Source: Chloroflexota bacterium
GTDB taxonomy: Bacteria > Chloroflexota > Dehalococcoidia > Lucifugimonadales > GCA-002723415
NCBI GenBank assembly: GCA_002721445.1
Contig: PBKN01000012.1
Span: 8,362 to 72,361 of the forward strand
DNA length: 64,000 bases
Reading direction: 5' to 3'
Below the pieces are notes generated by a model. That model was given only the letters and a program-made list of their open reading frames with translations, did not search any database and was not told the origin of the DNA. Both the position numbers and the translations under genes were made by a program. Of this stretch, positions 39,679 through 48,960 are shown one piece after another. The stretch's first letter is position 1. Each line of letters begins with the position of its first letter.

Positions 39679-40869
39679 TTAATTTGAAAGTTTATCAAGT
39701 GATTTTCTTAATATACTAAAAGCTTTAGAAGCTTCATTAATTTCAACAGTTAATGGTGGCATTAAACGTATCGCATTTGGGCGTAAGGGATTTGTCAATA
39801 GACCATTATCATTGCATATTGAAACTAAATCTGCAGAAATTTCTGATTTAAATTGTATAGCCCACAATAATCCCATTCCTCTAATCTGATCAATAATTTC
39901 ATATTCCTTCTGAATTAAATTTAATTCCTCTTTGAAGTATTTTTCCATTTTTGATACATTATCTACGACTTTTTCATTAAGTATATATTCTGTTGATGCA
40001 AATGCTGCAGCACAAGTTAATGCATTACCTCCAAAAGTAGACCCATGATCCCCAGGATCAAATGCACAAGCATGTTCTTTAGCTAAAAATGCACCTATAG
40101 GAACACCTCCACCTAGACCTTTAGCTAAAGTCATAATATCTGGCTCAACATCAAAGACTTCATAACCAAATAGCTTGCCTAATCTTCCTAATCCTGTTTG
40201 TACTTCATCAAATATTAATAAAATCCCATTATCATCACACCATTTACGGACATTTTTCAAATAATCTTTAGAAGGAATATTAACTCCTCCTTCACCTTGA
40301 ACAGGCTCTAACATTACAGCTACAGTATTATCATTAGTAGATTTTTTTATTTCTTCCAAATTATTATAATCAACATGTTTAAATCCAGTAGGAATAGGTT
40401 GAAATATATCCTGGTATTTTGGCTGACCAGTAGCAGCTACAGACATCATTGTCCTACCATGAAATGAATTGAAGGCAGTAATTATCTCATGAGCATTATT
40501 TAAATTTTTCTTGCCAAATTTACGTGCTAATTTAATAGCTCCTTCATTGGCTTCAGTACCACTGTTGCAAATAAATATTTTATCTAAACAACTATTTTCT
40601 ACTAATATTTCAGCTAACTTTAATTGAGGTACTGTATAAAACTGATTAGATGTTTGGAGCAGAGTATTTGCTTGTTCAGAAATTGCTTTAGATATAGCTT
40701 TGTTTGAATGACCCACATTATTAACAGCCCAACCTGAAGTAAAATCTATATATTTTTTTCCATTATCATCCCATACATAAGATCCGTCACCTTTAACTAT
40801 TACAATTGGCTGTCGTTTCACAACAAACATATAATATTTTTTCTCAATTTCCTGCCAGTTAGTTGACAT
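39679..40869 (-). CDS. argD: Acetylornithine aminotransferase (class III PLP)
   Basis: 396 aa. LIFDEVQTGLGRLGK; TLAKGLGGG (PLP Lys). Confidence 0.9.
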   Translation of the reverse strand: MSTNWQEIEKKYYMFVVKRQPIVIVKGDGSYVWDDNGKKYIDFTSGWAVNNVGHSNKAISKAISEQANTLLQTSNQFYTVPQLKLAEILVENSCLDKIFICNSGTEANEGAIKLARKFGKKNLNNAHEIITAFNSFHGRTMMSVAATGQPKYQDIFQPIPTGFKHVDYNNLEEIKKSTNDNTVAVMLEPVQGEGGVNIPSKDYLKNVRKWCDDNGILLIFDEVQTGLGRLGKLFGYEVFDVEPDIMTLAKGLGGGVPIGAFLAKEHACAFDPGDHGSTFGGNALTCAAAFASTEYILNEKVVDNVSKMEKYFKEELNLIQKEYEIIDQIRGMGLLWAIQFKSEISADLVSICNDNGLLTNPLRPNAIRLMPPLTVEINEASKAFSILRKSLDKLSN

Positions 40870-40880
40870 AATTATCTCCT

Positions 40881-43670
40881 TTAATCAACCTTGTTTTTAA
40901 ACAAATCTAATTTATTTTCTAATTCCCCTAAAATATCTTTTAAATTGTTTATTATTTCTGTCATCTCTTTAACATCAACTTCGGTAATATCCAAGTATTT
41001 CTCATTTAAATTATTCTCATTAGTATTTTCTAATGCTTTAATCTCATTTATATCAGATATACCCAATAAAGCTTCAAGAGCCAATTCTAAAGAATCCTCC
41101 ATTACAACTTTTTCTCCGCTCGCTAATATTACTTTCTTAAGCTCAGGAAAATCCACTCCTTCTGCCTGAATATATATAGGTTCAGCATACAATATAGATC
41201 CCCCCAAAGGCACAACTAATAAATTTCCTCGTATACATGAAGAGCCCTCTACACATCTTAACGAAAACCAAGCAGATATATCTTGATCATTATCAATTCT
41301 TGCTTCAACTTGCTCAGTCCCATCTATTTGTCTATCTTTTGGGAAACTAAATGATAATAATTTGCCGAAATTCTCACCATCACTTCTTGCAGCTAACCAT
41401 CCTATAAGGTTTTTCCTTTGATTAGGTGTATAAGGGATCAATTGAACAAATTCTGTAGAATCTTGGCCAGGAAGCTTCATTATTACGTAATAAGGAGCAA
41501 CCTCTTTCAAATCATCCTTATTACCAAATTTTTCTTTTGAAAATTCCCATAAATCTTCATCATTATAAAAATTCTGCGTGTTTTCCATATGATATTTAGA
41601 ATAAATTTTAGCTTGCAATGTAAATAGGTCTTGAGGATATCTAGTATGCTTTTTCATATGATTAGATATATCAGATTTACTAGTAAATAAATCAGGAAAT
41701 ACTTTTTGATATGTTAGAACAATTGGATCTTGCTCATCCCATAAATAAAAATTTACGTCTCCTTCAAATGCATTAACAGTTACTTTAACACTATTCCTAA
41801 TATAATTAATTGAATCGTCTTCAATATATGTTTCATATTGAGAATAAGGATATTTGTCACTACTAGTATAAGCATCTTGTATCCATATAAGGTTTTCTTT
41901 GTCTGCAACTATATAAGGATCAGCATCTAATGTTAAAAATGGAACAATTTGAGAAATACGTTCTTTTAATGATCGCCTGTACTGAATTAAACTCTTATTT
42001 GTTATTTCACCACTTATAAGTATATTTAAATCTCTAAACTCTAATGCATACAGCAATTTTTTAAAAGTCGAATCTAAAACAACTCCTCCGGATCCCCAAT
42101 AATTTACTCTAAAAAGATCTCCTTCATCAGTTTGATAATCTAACTCTTTTGTTTTTGTATTTACGATTGAATATGGATAATCATTTTCACCGTAATAAAT
42201 CCTGGGATTTGAAACTACAAATTCTTCTTCTGAATTTTTATTAGAATGGTCCTTTACTGGGATTAATCCATTGTTAGGAATATCTTTTGCATAAAACTGA
42301 GGACGTCCTTCCAATGTAAAATCAGTTACAGGACTCATAGCAAAGCCAATCCCATGAGTATATACTAATTTTTGGTTAATCCATGTACGAGCATCTTCTG
42401 TTAATTTTTCAGGAGCAACTTCTCTTGGAGACAGTAAAACTTGGCTAGATTTTGAATTTATTTCATATCTATCTACATCTGCATCAATAAAATCGTAATA
42501 AGGCCTAATCAATTGGATTTGTTTGTATACACTTAACAGAGGTTTATGGTCCCATAACCTAATATTGTTTATTGTTTCAGAATTTTCTGCGATTGTTTGT
42601 TGACTTATAGTATTGTCATCTATTGGTAAAAATATATTTTCTATATTATTTAGTCCAAAAGCTTTTTTAGTAAACTCTATATTACGAGATATATATTCTG
42701 CTTCTTTTACATACTCTGCTGGTCTAACTACGAAACGTTGAATTGACATTGGCAATAATATAGTAACAATAGTTAATAAAACAAACCAACTTATTATACT
42801 CCCAAATACAATCTTATTATTTTTAATATAAATATTTGCCAATAAAATACAAGATATAATGATTCCTACAATTGATAAAACTAATAAACCTGTTTTTTTA
42901 ATATTTACGTCAGTATATAATGCTCCGTCAACGAGACCTCCCTCAGTCAATGGAATATCCCATCTACTCAAAAAATTACCTATTGAGAGGATAAACATAA
43001 TAAAGGCCAAAATTAAAGATATTTGAACCCAATTACTAGAATTCATCTCAAATTTAACACCTCTTATTACAGAGTTAATTAAATAAACTGCGCCAGTAAT
43101 AATTAATGACAAAATTGATATAGTTAATACCCAACCTTGAATTATATGAAAAACAGGTAATTGAAAAACATAAAAAGATATATCTCTACCAAAAACAGGG
43201 TCTAATTCATTGAATTCTTGAAAATTAAAAAACATTAAAATCTCAAGCCAAGATCCTGACAATATTAATCCAGCTATTAATCCAAAAAGTAAAATTATTA
43301 CCAAATAAACCCAAAAAGTAATTTTCTTATATAAATTAAGTATTGATCCATCCACATCATATTCTATTGGGCCATTAGAAATTTTATTTGCAAAATATAT
43401 ATTAATTCCTAAAAAAGAAGAAGCTATAAACCAACCTGAAAATATTAATATAAGCTTTGTAAATACTTCCTTTAATAAAATACTCTGAAATCCTAATTGT
43501 TCATACCAAAGGTAATCAGTATAAATCATTCTAATATAATTTAATATTAATATTGAAATTATTAGAAAAAATACTATTGCTCCTATTTTAATAAAACGAC
43601 TAGATTGATTTAATATTTTATTAAAATCTAAGTCATCAAAAATCAATTTTTGATCCGAATTAGTTGCCAA
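40881..43670 (-). CDS. UPF0182 family large membrane protein
   Basis: 929 aa. About 7 N-terminal TM helices followed by a large soluble region. Size and layout match UPF0182 proteins as I recall them from Actinobacteria and Chloroflexi. Confidence 0.7.
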   Translation of the reverse strand: MATNSDQKLIFDDLDFNKILNQSSRFIKIGAIVFFLIISILILNYIRMIYTDYLWYEQLGFQSILLKEVFTKLILIFSGWFIASSFLGINIYFANKISNGPIEYDVDGSILNLYKKITFWVYLVIILLFGLIAGLILSGSWLEILMFFNFQEFNELDPVFGRDISFYVFQLPVFHIIQGWVLTISILSLIITGAVYLINSVIRGVKFEMNSSNWVQISLILAFIMFILSIGNFLSRWDIPLTEGGLVDGALYTDVNIKKTGLLVLSIVGIIISCILLANIYIKNNKIVFGSIISWFVLLTIVTILLPMSIQRFVVRPAEYVKEAEYISRNIEFTKKAFGLNNIENIFLPIDDNTISQQTIAENSETINNIRLWDHKPLLSVYKQIQLIRPYYDFIDADVDRYEINSKSSQVLLSPREVAPEKLTEDARTWINQKLVYTHGIGFAMSPVTDFTLEGRPQFYAKDIPNNGLIPVKDHSNKNSEEEFVVSNPRIYYGENDYPYSIVNTKTKELDYQTDEGDLFRVNYWGSGGVVLDSTFKKLLYALEFRDLNILISGEITNKSLIQYRRSLKERISQIVPFLTLDADPYIVADKENLIWIQDAYTSSDKYPYSQYETYIEDDSINYIRNSVKVTVNAFEGDVNFYLWDEQDPIVLTYQKVFPDLFTSKSDISNHMKKHTRYPQDLFTLQAKIYSKYHMENTQNFYNDEDLWEFSKEKFGNKDDLKEVAPYYVIMKLPGQDSTEFVQLIPYTPNQRKNLIGWLAARSDGENFGKLLSFSFPKDRQIDGTEQVEARIDNDQDISAWFSLRCVEGSSCIRGNLLVVPLGGSILYAEPIYIQAEGVDFPELKKVILASGEKVVMEDSLELALEALLGISDINEIKALENTNENNLNEKYLDITEVDVKEMTEIINNLKDILGELENKLDLFKNKVD

Positions 43671-43686
43671 ACTGCCCTCCTGAAAT

Positions 43687-44463
43687 TTAAATTATTGTTG
43701 TTCCAAAACCTTTCTTATAAAAAGAATCAATTAAAATATGCTGCTTTCTTCCATCTATTATATTCGTATTAACATTATTTTTAGATGCTGTTAAACAAGC
43801 TTCTAACTTAGGAATCATACCGCCATCTACTACTCTAGATTTAATCAAATCAGTAACCTGCCTTTTAGTCAATTTAGGAATTAACCGTTTACTTGAATCT
43901 AAAACACCAGGGACATCCGTTAAAAAATAAAGATTACTTGCTTTTAATGTGGCCGCTATATGGCCAGCTGCAATATCAGCATTCAAATTTAATAAAGAAT
44001 ATTTATTTTCATTAGATTTAACTTCTTCATAACCTACTGAAGCAATAACAGGTATATAGCCTGATTCAAGAGCAGATTGAATAATTTCTGGATTAGTTTT
44101 TTTTACATCTCCAACAAATCCTAAAATGTCATTTCTCTTCTCAGAAATCAACATGCCTCCATCAACTCCACTAATACCTAATGCTTTGCCACCAATAGAA
44201 ATTAAACTAGCAACTAAATTTTTATTTATTAATCCTGTTAAAACTGCTACTACAATTTCAAGACTTACATTATCAGTAACGCGAAGACCTTTACTAAATT
44301 TAGGCCTTAAACCTTGCCTTGCCATCCACTTAGTAACCAGATTACCTCCGCCGTGTATAACCACAACGCTTACTCCATTTTTCTGAAGATGCACTATATC
44401 TTCTAATGCAGTATCATGGTCTCCAAGAGTACTCCCTCCAATTTTAACAACTACCGTCCCAAT
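43687..44463 (-). CDS. argB: Acetylglutamate kinase, proposed ATT (AUU) start
   Basis: The track ORF starts at GTG 44394 (HLQKNGVSVVVIHGGG). The in-frame upstream 69 nt encode IGTVVVKIGGSTLGDHDTALEDIV, the amino-acid-kinase N-terminal motif. ATT at 44463-44461 lies 8 nt after AGGAG (44476-44472). In-frame TAG at 44481-44479. Confidence 0.85.
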   Translation of the reverse strand: MGTVVVKIGGSTLGDHDTALEDIVHLQKNGVSVVVIHGGGNLVTKWMARQGLRPKFSKGLRVTDNVSLEIVVAVLTGLINKNLVASLISIGGKALGISGVDGGMLISEKRNDILGFVGDVKKTNPEIIQSALESGYIPVIASVGYEEVKSNENKYSLLNLNADIAAGHIAATLKASNLYFLTDVPGVLDSSKRLIPKLTKRQVTDLIKSRVVDGGMIPKLEACLTASKNNVNTNIIDGRKQHILIDSFYKKGFGTTII

Positions 44464-44549
44464 ATAATCAACTCCTAACTAATTATTTTAATTTTAATAA
44501 AAGCAGTCTGATAACACTTCTTGTATATCAATCACAAAGTATATATTAT

Positions 44550-45755
44550 TCAAGTAGTATAAGCAGAATTAAAAATAACATATTCTTCTGTCAAATCACA
44601 TCCCCAAGCAGTAGCTTTAAAATCTCCAATATTAAGGGATATTGTAAAAACAACTTTATCCGTCTTCATAGCTCCTAGGACAGCCTCATTAAAGTAAGGT
44701 ATAGCTTTCCCTTGATGCACTATATGAATATCATTAATAAAAATATCTATTTTATCCTCAATCATTTCAGCTCCAGTTTTACCTAAAGCCATCATTATTC
44801 TTCCCCAATTTGGGTCCTTACCGTGAACCATTGATTTAACTAAATTAGATGAGGAAATACCTCTAGATGCTTTTGCAGCATCTTCAAAAGATTTTGCACC
44901 CTGAACCTCTACTTCAATTAAAGTTTGTGCGCCTTCACCATCTATAACTAAACTTTTAGCAAGTTCAATACAAACATAATTTAACGCTTCTTGAAACTGC
45001 TCAGCATAAACAGAGCTTCTATCAATATTAATGTTTTTTGAGCGCCCATTCGCAAACGCCAATACGGAATCATTAGTGCTTTGATCTCCGTCTACATCAA
45101 TCATATTGAAAGAAATATCAACAGCCTTTTTCAAAGATTCTTGAAAAAATTCAGGTTCAATATTAGCATCAGTTGTTATAAATCCTAACATCGTTGCCAT
45201 ATTAGGATGAATCATTCCAGAACCTTTAGCTGATCCTCCTATAGTAACCTTAACTTCATCTATTTCAATCGCAACAGCAAATTGTTTATTATAATTATCA
45301 GTAGTCATTATAGCTTTCGAAAAATCTTCTCCACCTGATTCAGTTAAAACTATCTTGTTTATATTTTGTCTTATCAAAGCCATTGGGAGTTCAACCCCAA
45401 TTTTACCAGTACTACAAATAAGTATTTTTTCCGGATTAATATTAAACATATTTGCAGCTAAAGAAGTCATTTCTTCAGCATCAGAAAAACCTTGAGATCC
45501 TACAGCGCAATTAGCACAACCACTATTAACAACTACTCCATGTGATTTAAGAGAAACAGACCTTTTCCTACTTAATGTCACTGAAGGAGATTCAATTTTA
45601 TTAGTAGTAAATACTGAAGCTAAACTTGCTTCATCCTCAGAATATAAAATTGCCAAATCTAATGCCCCTATTTCTGATTTTAAACCTGCAGAAATAGCTC
45701 CAGCAATATAACCTTTTGGAGAAGTAACTCCTCCATTCTGAATCAACTCTAACAT
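44550..45755 (-). CDS. argJ: Bifunctional glutamate N-acetyltransferase / amino-acid acetyltransferase
   Basis: 401 aa. Self-cleavage region MATMLGFITTDA, GCANA and DGDQSTND motifs. Confidence 0.92.
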   Translation of the reverse strand: MLELIQNGGVTSPKGYIAGAISAGLKSEIGALDLAILYSEDEASLASVFTTNKIESPSVTLSRKRSVSLKSHGVVVNSGCANCAVGSQGFSDAEEMTSLAANMFNINPEKILICSTGKIGVELPMALIRQNINKIVLTESGGEDFSKAIMTTDNYNKQFAVAIEIDEVKVTIGGSAKGSGMIHPNMATMLGFITTDANIEPEFFQESLKKAVDISFNMIDVDGDQSTNDSVLAFANGRSKNINIDRSSVYAEQFQEALNYVCIELAKSLVIDGEGAQTLIEVEVQGAKSFEDAAKASRGISSSNLVKSMVHGKDPNWGRIMMALGKTGAEMIEDKIDIFINDIHIVHQGKAIPYFNEAVLGAMKTDKVVFTISLNIGDFKATAWGCDLTEEYVIFNSAYTT

Positions 45756-45908
45756 AATACAATATCCTCATGAATTCATATTAGAAAAAACTTTCTAGCC
45801 GAGTATAACACAGCATAGTAATTCGATAAAGTAAGTGAATTATTTCTTGCTTTTTAATCTATGATTATGTTTAATAATAATATGAAGTAAATTAAAACAT
45901 TTTATATT

Positions 45909-48161
45909 TTGAAAGGCGGCATCATGGTTGTAGATAATTCGAGTGTAAAATACACATCAATAGGTAAACGCCCAATTAGACATGATGGATACGACAAAGT
46001 TACAGGTAAAGCACAATTTGGAGCTGATATATATCCAAGTAATTTGATTTATGCTAAAGTACTTAGAAGTCCTCATGCTCATGCAAAAATAATATCTATT
46101 AATACTAAAAAAGCTTTAAATTATCCAGGCGTTAAAGCAGTAATAACCTCTAAAGATTTTCCTGTACATAGTAAAACTCCAGAAGTATTAGGATCTGGAC
46201 CTCCAATTAATATATATAATCTTGGAACAAATATATTAGCTAGAGACAAAGTATTATATAAAGGACATGCAATAGCAGCAGTTGCAGCTAACAATATTCA
46301 TACTGCAGAAGAAGCTTTATCTCTTATAGAAATAAAATATGAACTCATACAATCAGTTACAAATGTTGAAGATGCAATGGACCCCAATGCCCCCACAATA
46401 CATCCAGAATATCCTGGAAACATAGCAAGCCAAGATCAATTAAATATTGGTGACATAGGTCAGGGATTTAAAAAAGCTGATATTGTTATTGAAAAAGAAT
46501 TCAGAACAAGTACTGTCCATCAAGGATATATAGAATTACATTCTGCAACTGCTTTATGGCAACCTAATAATCATGTTACTCTCTGGACTAGCTCACAGGG
46601 GCACTTTCAAATTAGAGACCGTACCGCTGCAATATTAGGTATAGAACCATCTAGTATTAAAAGCGTTCCAATGGAAATAGGTGGTGGATTTGGAGGGAAG
46701 ACTACTATATATTTAGAGCCTATTTCAGCAATGTTATCTAAAATGACAGGACAACCTGTTAAAACAACTATGAATAGAGCAGAAGTATTAGAAGCGAGTG
46801 GGCCTACATCTGGTTCTTATATGAAAATTAAAATGGGGTCTACGAATCAAGGTAAACTGGTTGCTGCTGAAGCAAAACTAGTATTTGAAGCTGGTGCGTT
46901 TCCAGGCTCCCCTATTGGAGGAGCTTCTCAATGTATTTTTTCTCCTTATGATATTGAAAATGTATTAGTTGATGGATACGACATAATTGACAACAAGCCA
47001 AAAACAACTGCATATAGAGCGCCTGGGGCTCCAATAGGTGCTTTTGGAGTTGAAACTGTGGTTGATGAACTATGTACAAATTTAAAAATATCCCCCCTAG
47101 ATTTTAGAATCATGAATGCAGCTAAAGAAGGCACAAGACGTGCAAATGGAATATTAAACCCTCCAATAGGAATGATCGAAACTGTAGAAGCAATAAAATC
47201 TCATCAACATAATTTGACCCCCCTAAATGGTAAAAATACCGGAAGAGGAGTTGCTTCAGGTTTTTGGATGAATGGAACTGGGCCTGCATGTGCTATAGCA
47301 AACGTAAATTTTGATGGCAGTGTGAGCCTAACCATAGGGTCGATGGATATTGGAGGTACAAGACCTGGTGCTGCTCAACAATTTGCAGAGGTATTAGGTA
47401 TACCTGTTGAAAATGTCAACCCTCAAGTTGGCGATACTGATTCAATAGGATATACGTCTATGACAGGAGGAAGTGGAGCAGCATTTAAAACAGGTTGGGC
47501 AAGTTTCGAAGCTGCTGAAGATGTAAGAAGACAAATGATTGAACGCGCAGCATTGATTTGGGAAAAACCTATAGAAGAAATTGATCTAAAAAATGGGCTG
47601 TTTTGTCACAAGTCTGATCCTAAATTACAGGTAAGCTTTAAAGAATTAGCATCAAAATTAGGTGAAACTGGAGGACCAGTAGTTGGTAAAGCAAATTTAG
47701 ACCCATCTGGAGCAGGAGGAGCGTTTGCAACTCACATAGTTGACTTAGAAGTAGACATTGAAACTGGTAAAATAAAAATACTAAGATATACTGCTGCCCA
47801 AGATGTTGGGAAAGCTATTCACCCTAGCTACGTTGAAGGTCAAATACAAGGAGGTGTGGTCCAAGGTATTGGATGGGCACTAAACGAGGAATATTTTATG
47901 AACGACAAAGGTGCTCTTATGAATTCTAGTTTACTAGATTATAGGATGCCTACTTCTTTAGATTTACCAAATATTGATACCATTATTGTTGAAGTACCAA
48001 ATCCTACACACCCATACGGAGTTAGAGGTGTGGGAGAAGTACCTATAGTTCCACCAATGGCAGCAATAGCAAATGCTATACACGATGCTATAGGAATCAG
48101 AATGCATCAATTACCTATGAATCCAGCTATAGTATTAAAAGAAATGAAAAAAATTAATTAA
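45909..48161 (+). CDS. Xanthine dehydrogenase / aldehyde oxidase family molybdopterin-binding (CoxL-like) large subunit
   Basis: 750 aa. GKAQFGADI N-terminus, EIGGGFGGK, TTAYRAPGAP, GVGEVPIVP. The likely true start is ATG at 45924, after AGGCGG. Confidence 0.85.
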   Translation: MKGGIMVVDNSSVKYTSIGKRPIRHDGYDKVTGKAQFGADIYPSNLIYAKVLRSPHAHAKIISINTKKALNYPGVKAVITSKDFPVHSKTPEVLGSGPPINIYNLGTNILARDKVLYKGHAIAAVAANNIHTAEEALSLIEIKYELIQSVTNVEDAMDPNAPTIHPEYPGNIASQDQLNIGDIGQGFKKADIVIEKEFRTSTVHQGYIELHSATALWQPNNHVTLWTSSQGHFQIRDRTAAILGIEPSSIKSVPMEIGGGFGGKTTIYLEPISAMLSKMTGQPVKTTMNRAEVLEASGPTSGSYMKIKMGSTNQGKLVAAEAKLVFEAGAFPGSPIGGASQCIFSPYDIENVLVDGYDIIDNKPKTTAYRAPGAPIGAFGVETVVDELCTNLKISPLDFRIMNAAKEGTRRANGILNPPIGMIETVEAIKSHQHNLTPLNGKNTGRGVASGFWMNGTGPACAIANVNFDGSVSLTIGSMDIGGTRPGAAQQFAEVLGIPVENVNPQVGDTDSIGYTSMTGGSGAAFKTGWASFEAAEDVRRQMIERAALIWEKPIEEIDLKNGLFCHKSDPKLQVSFKELASKLGETGGPVVGKANLDPSGAGGAFATHIVDLEVDIETGKIKILRYTAAQDVGKAIHPSYVEGQIQGGVVQGIGWALNEEYFMNDKGALMNSSLLDYRMPTSLDLPNIDTIIVEVPNPTHPYGVRGVGEVPIVPPMAAIANAIHDAIGIRMHQLPMNPAIVLKEMKKIN

Positions 48162-48183
48162 CTATGAATCGGATAATTTCTAG

Positions 48184-48942
48184 ATGAACATAATTCCTAC
48201 AGTAAATAAAGACAAAGTAGTAATATTAGTAAAAGCGGGAAGATTGCAAAGTTGGGATTTCATAGATTTAAAAAAACAAGAATCTTATATAAAAGAGCAT
48301 GTTGAATTAATTAAAGAAACTGGGTATAAATATGGTATCCAACGATTAGAATCTTTTAAACTTATAAATTATCAACAACCATGGCATCGCTTATGGGTGA
48401 TTGAATTCCCAACTTTTGAAGGAGCTGAAGCTTGGATCGAATCAGAAATGGCTCCACCATACGGTAGTCATGGTTACTGGGAATACTATTTAGCTAGACC
48501 ATGGGGCCCAGATTATTTTTCTAAATGGCCAACAAAAGCCTATAATCCAATAAACAGGCCAATAATCGATACAGATGAAAACACAATTCCTGCTTTAGAA
48601 ATTAATGAAAACAATATTGTAGTAATTATGTTTGGCAGAACTCTTCCAGGCTCTGATATTTTAGACATAAATTCTAGAGGTGACAAAGAACACGTTAACC
48701 TAATGAAAAAAATTGCAAAAGATTATGGATTAATTCGACTGGAAGGTTTTAGATTGATAGCTCCTCAAGATAGCTGGCATAGAGCTTGGATCATTGAATT
48801 TCCTACTTTAGAAGGTGCAGAAGCTTGGATAAAAGCTGAAGTTGAACCTGTTTATGGTTCACATAATTCAAAAATTTATCACATAGCAAGGAATTATTTT
48901 TTAACCGATATAAATAGATTTAAACCTAAATCGAAACTATAG
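48184..48942 (+). CDS. Hypothetical protein made of two tandem homologous halves
   Basis: 252 aa. WHRLWVIEFPTFEGAEAWIESEMAPPYGSHG (first half) and WHRAWIIEFPTLEGAEAWIKAEVEPVYGSHN (second half). Starts 22 nt after the CoxL-like gene. Confidence 0.55.
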   Translation: MNIIPTVNKDKVVILVKAGRLQSWDFIDLKKQESYIKEHVELIKETGYKYGIQRLESFKLINYQQPWHRLWVIEFPTFEGAEAWIESEMAPPYGSHGYWEYYLARPWGPDYFSKWPTKAYNPINRPIIDTDENTIPALEINENNIVVIMFGRTLPGSDILDINSRGDKEHVNLMKKIAKDYGLIRLEGFRLIAPQDSWHRAWIIEFPTLEGAEAWIKAEVEPVYGSHNSKIYHIARNYFLTDINRFKPKSKL

Positions 48943-48960
48943 ACAAATAAAACGTTGCAA

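Noticed and set aside
38948-44386. Plus-strand ORFs 38948..39148, 40891..41169 and 44126..44386
   Set aside because: They are antisense to argG, UPF0182 and argB. Shadow ORFs.
45770-45779. ATGAATTCAT palindrome just upstream of argJ, resembling ARG-box half sites (TGAAT/ATTCA)
   Set aside because: The half sites abut with no A/T spacer, so it does not fit the 18-bp ARG-box consensus. It also overlaps the GAGGA ribosome-binding region. No argR is in the window. Too weak to call.
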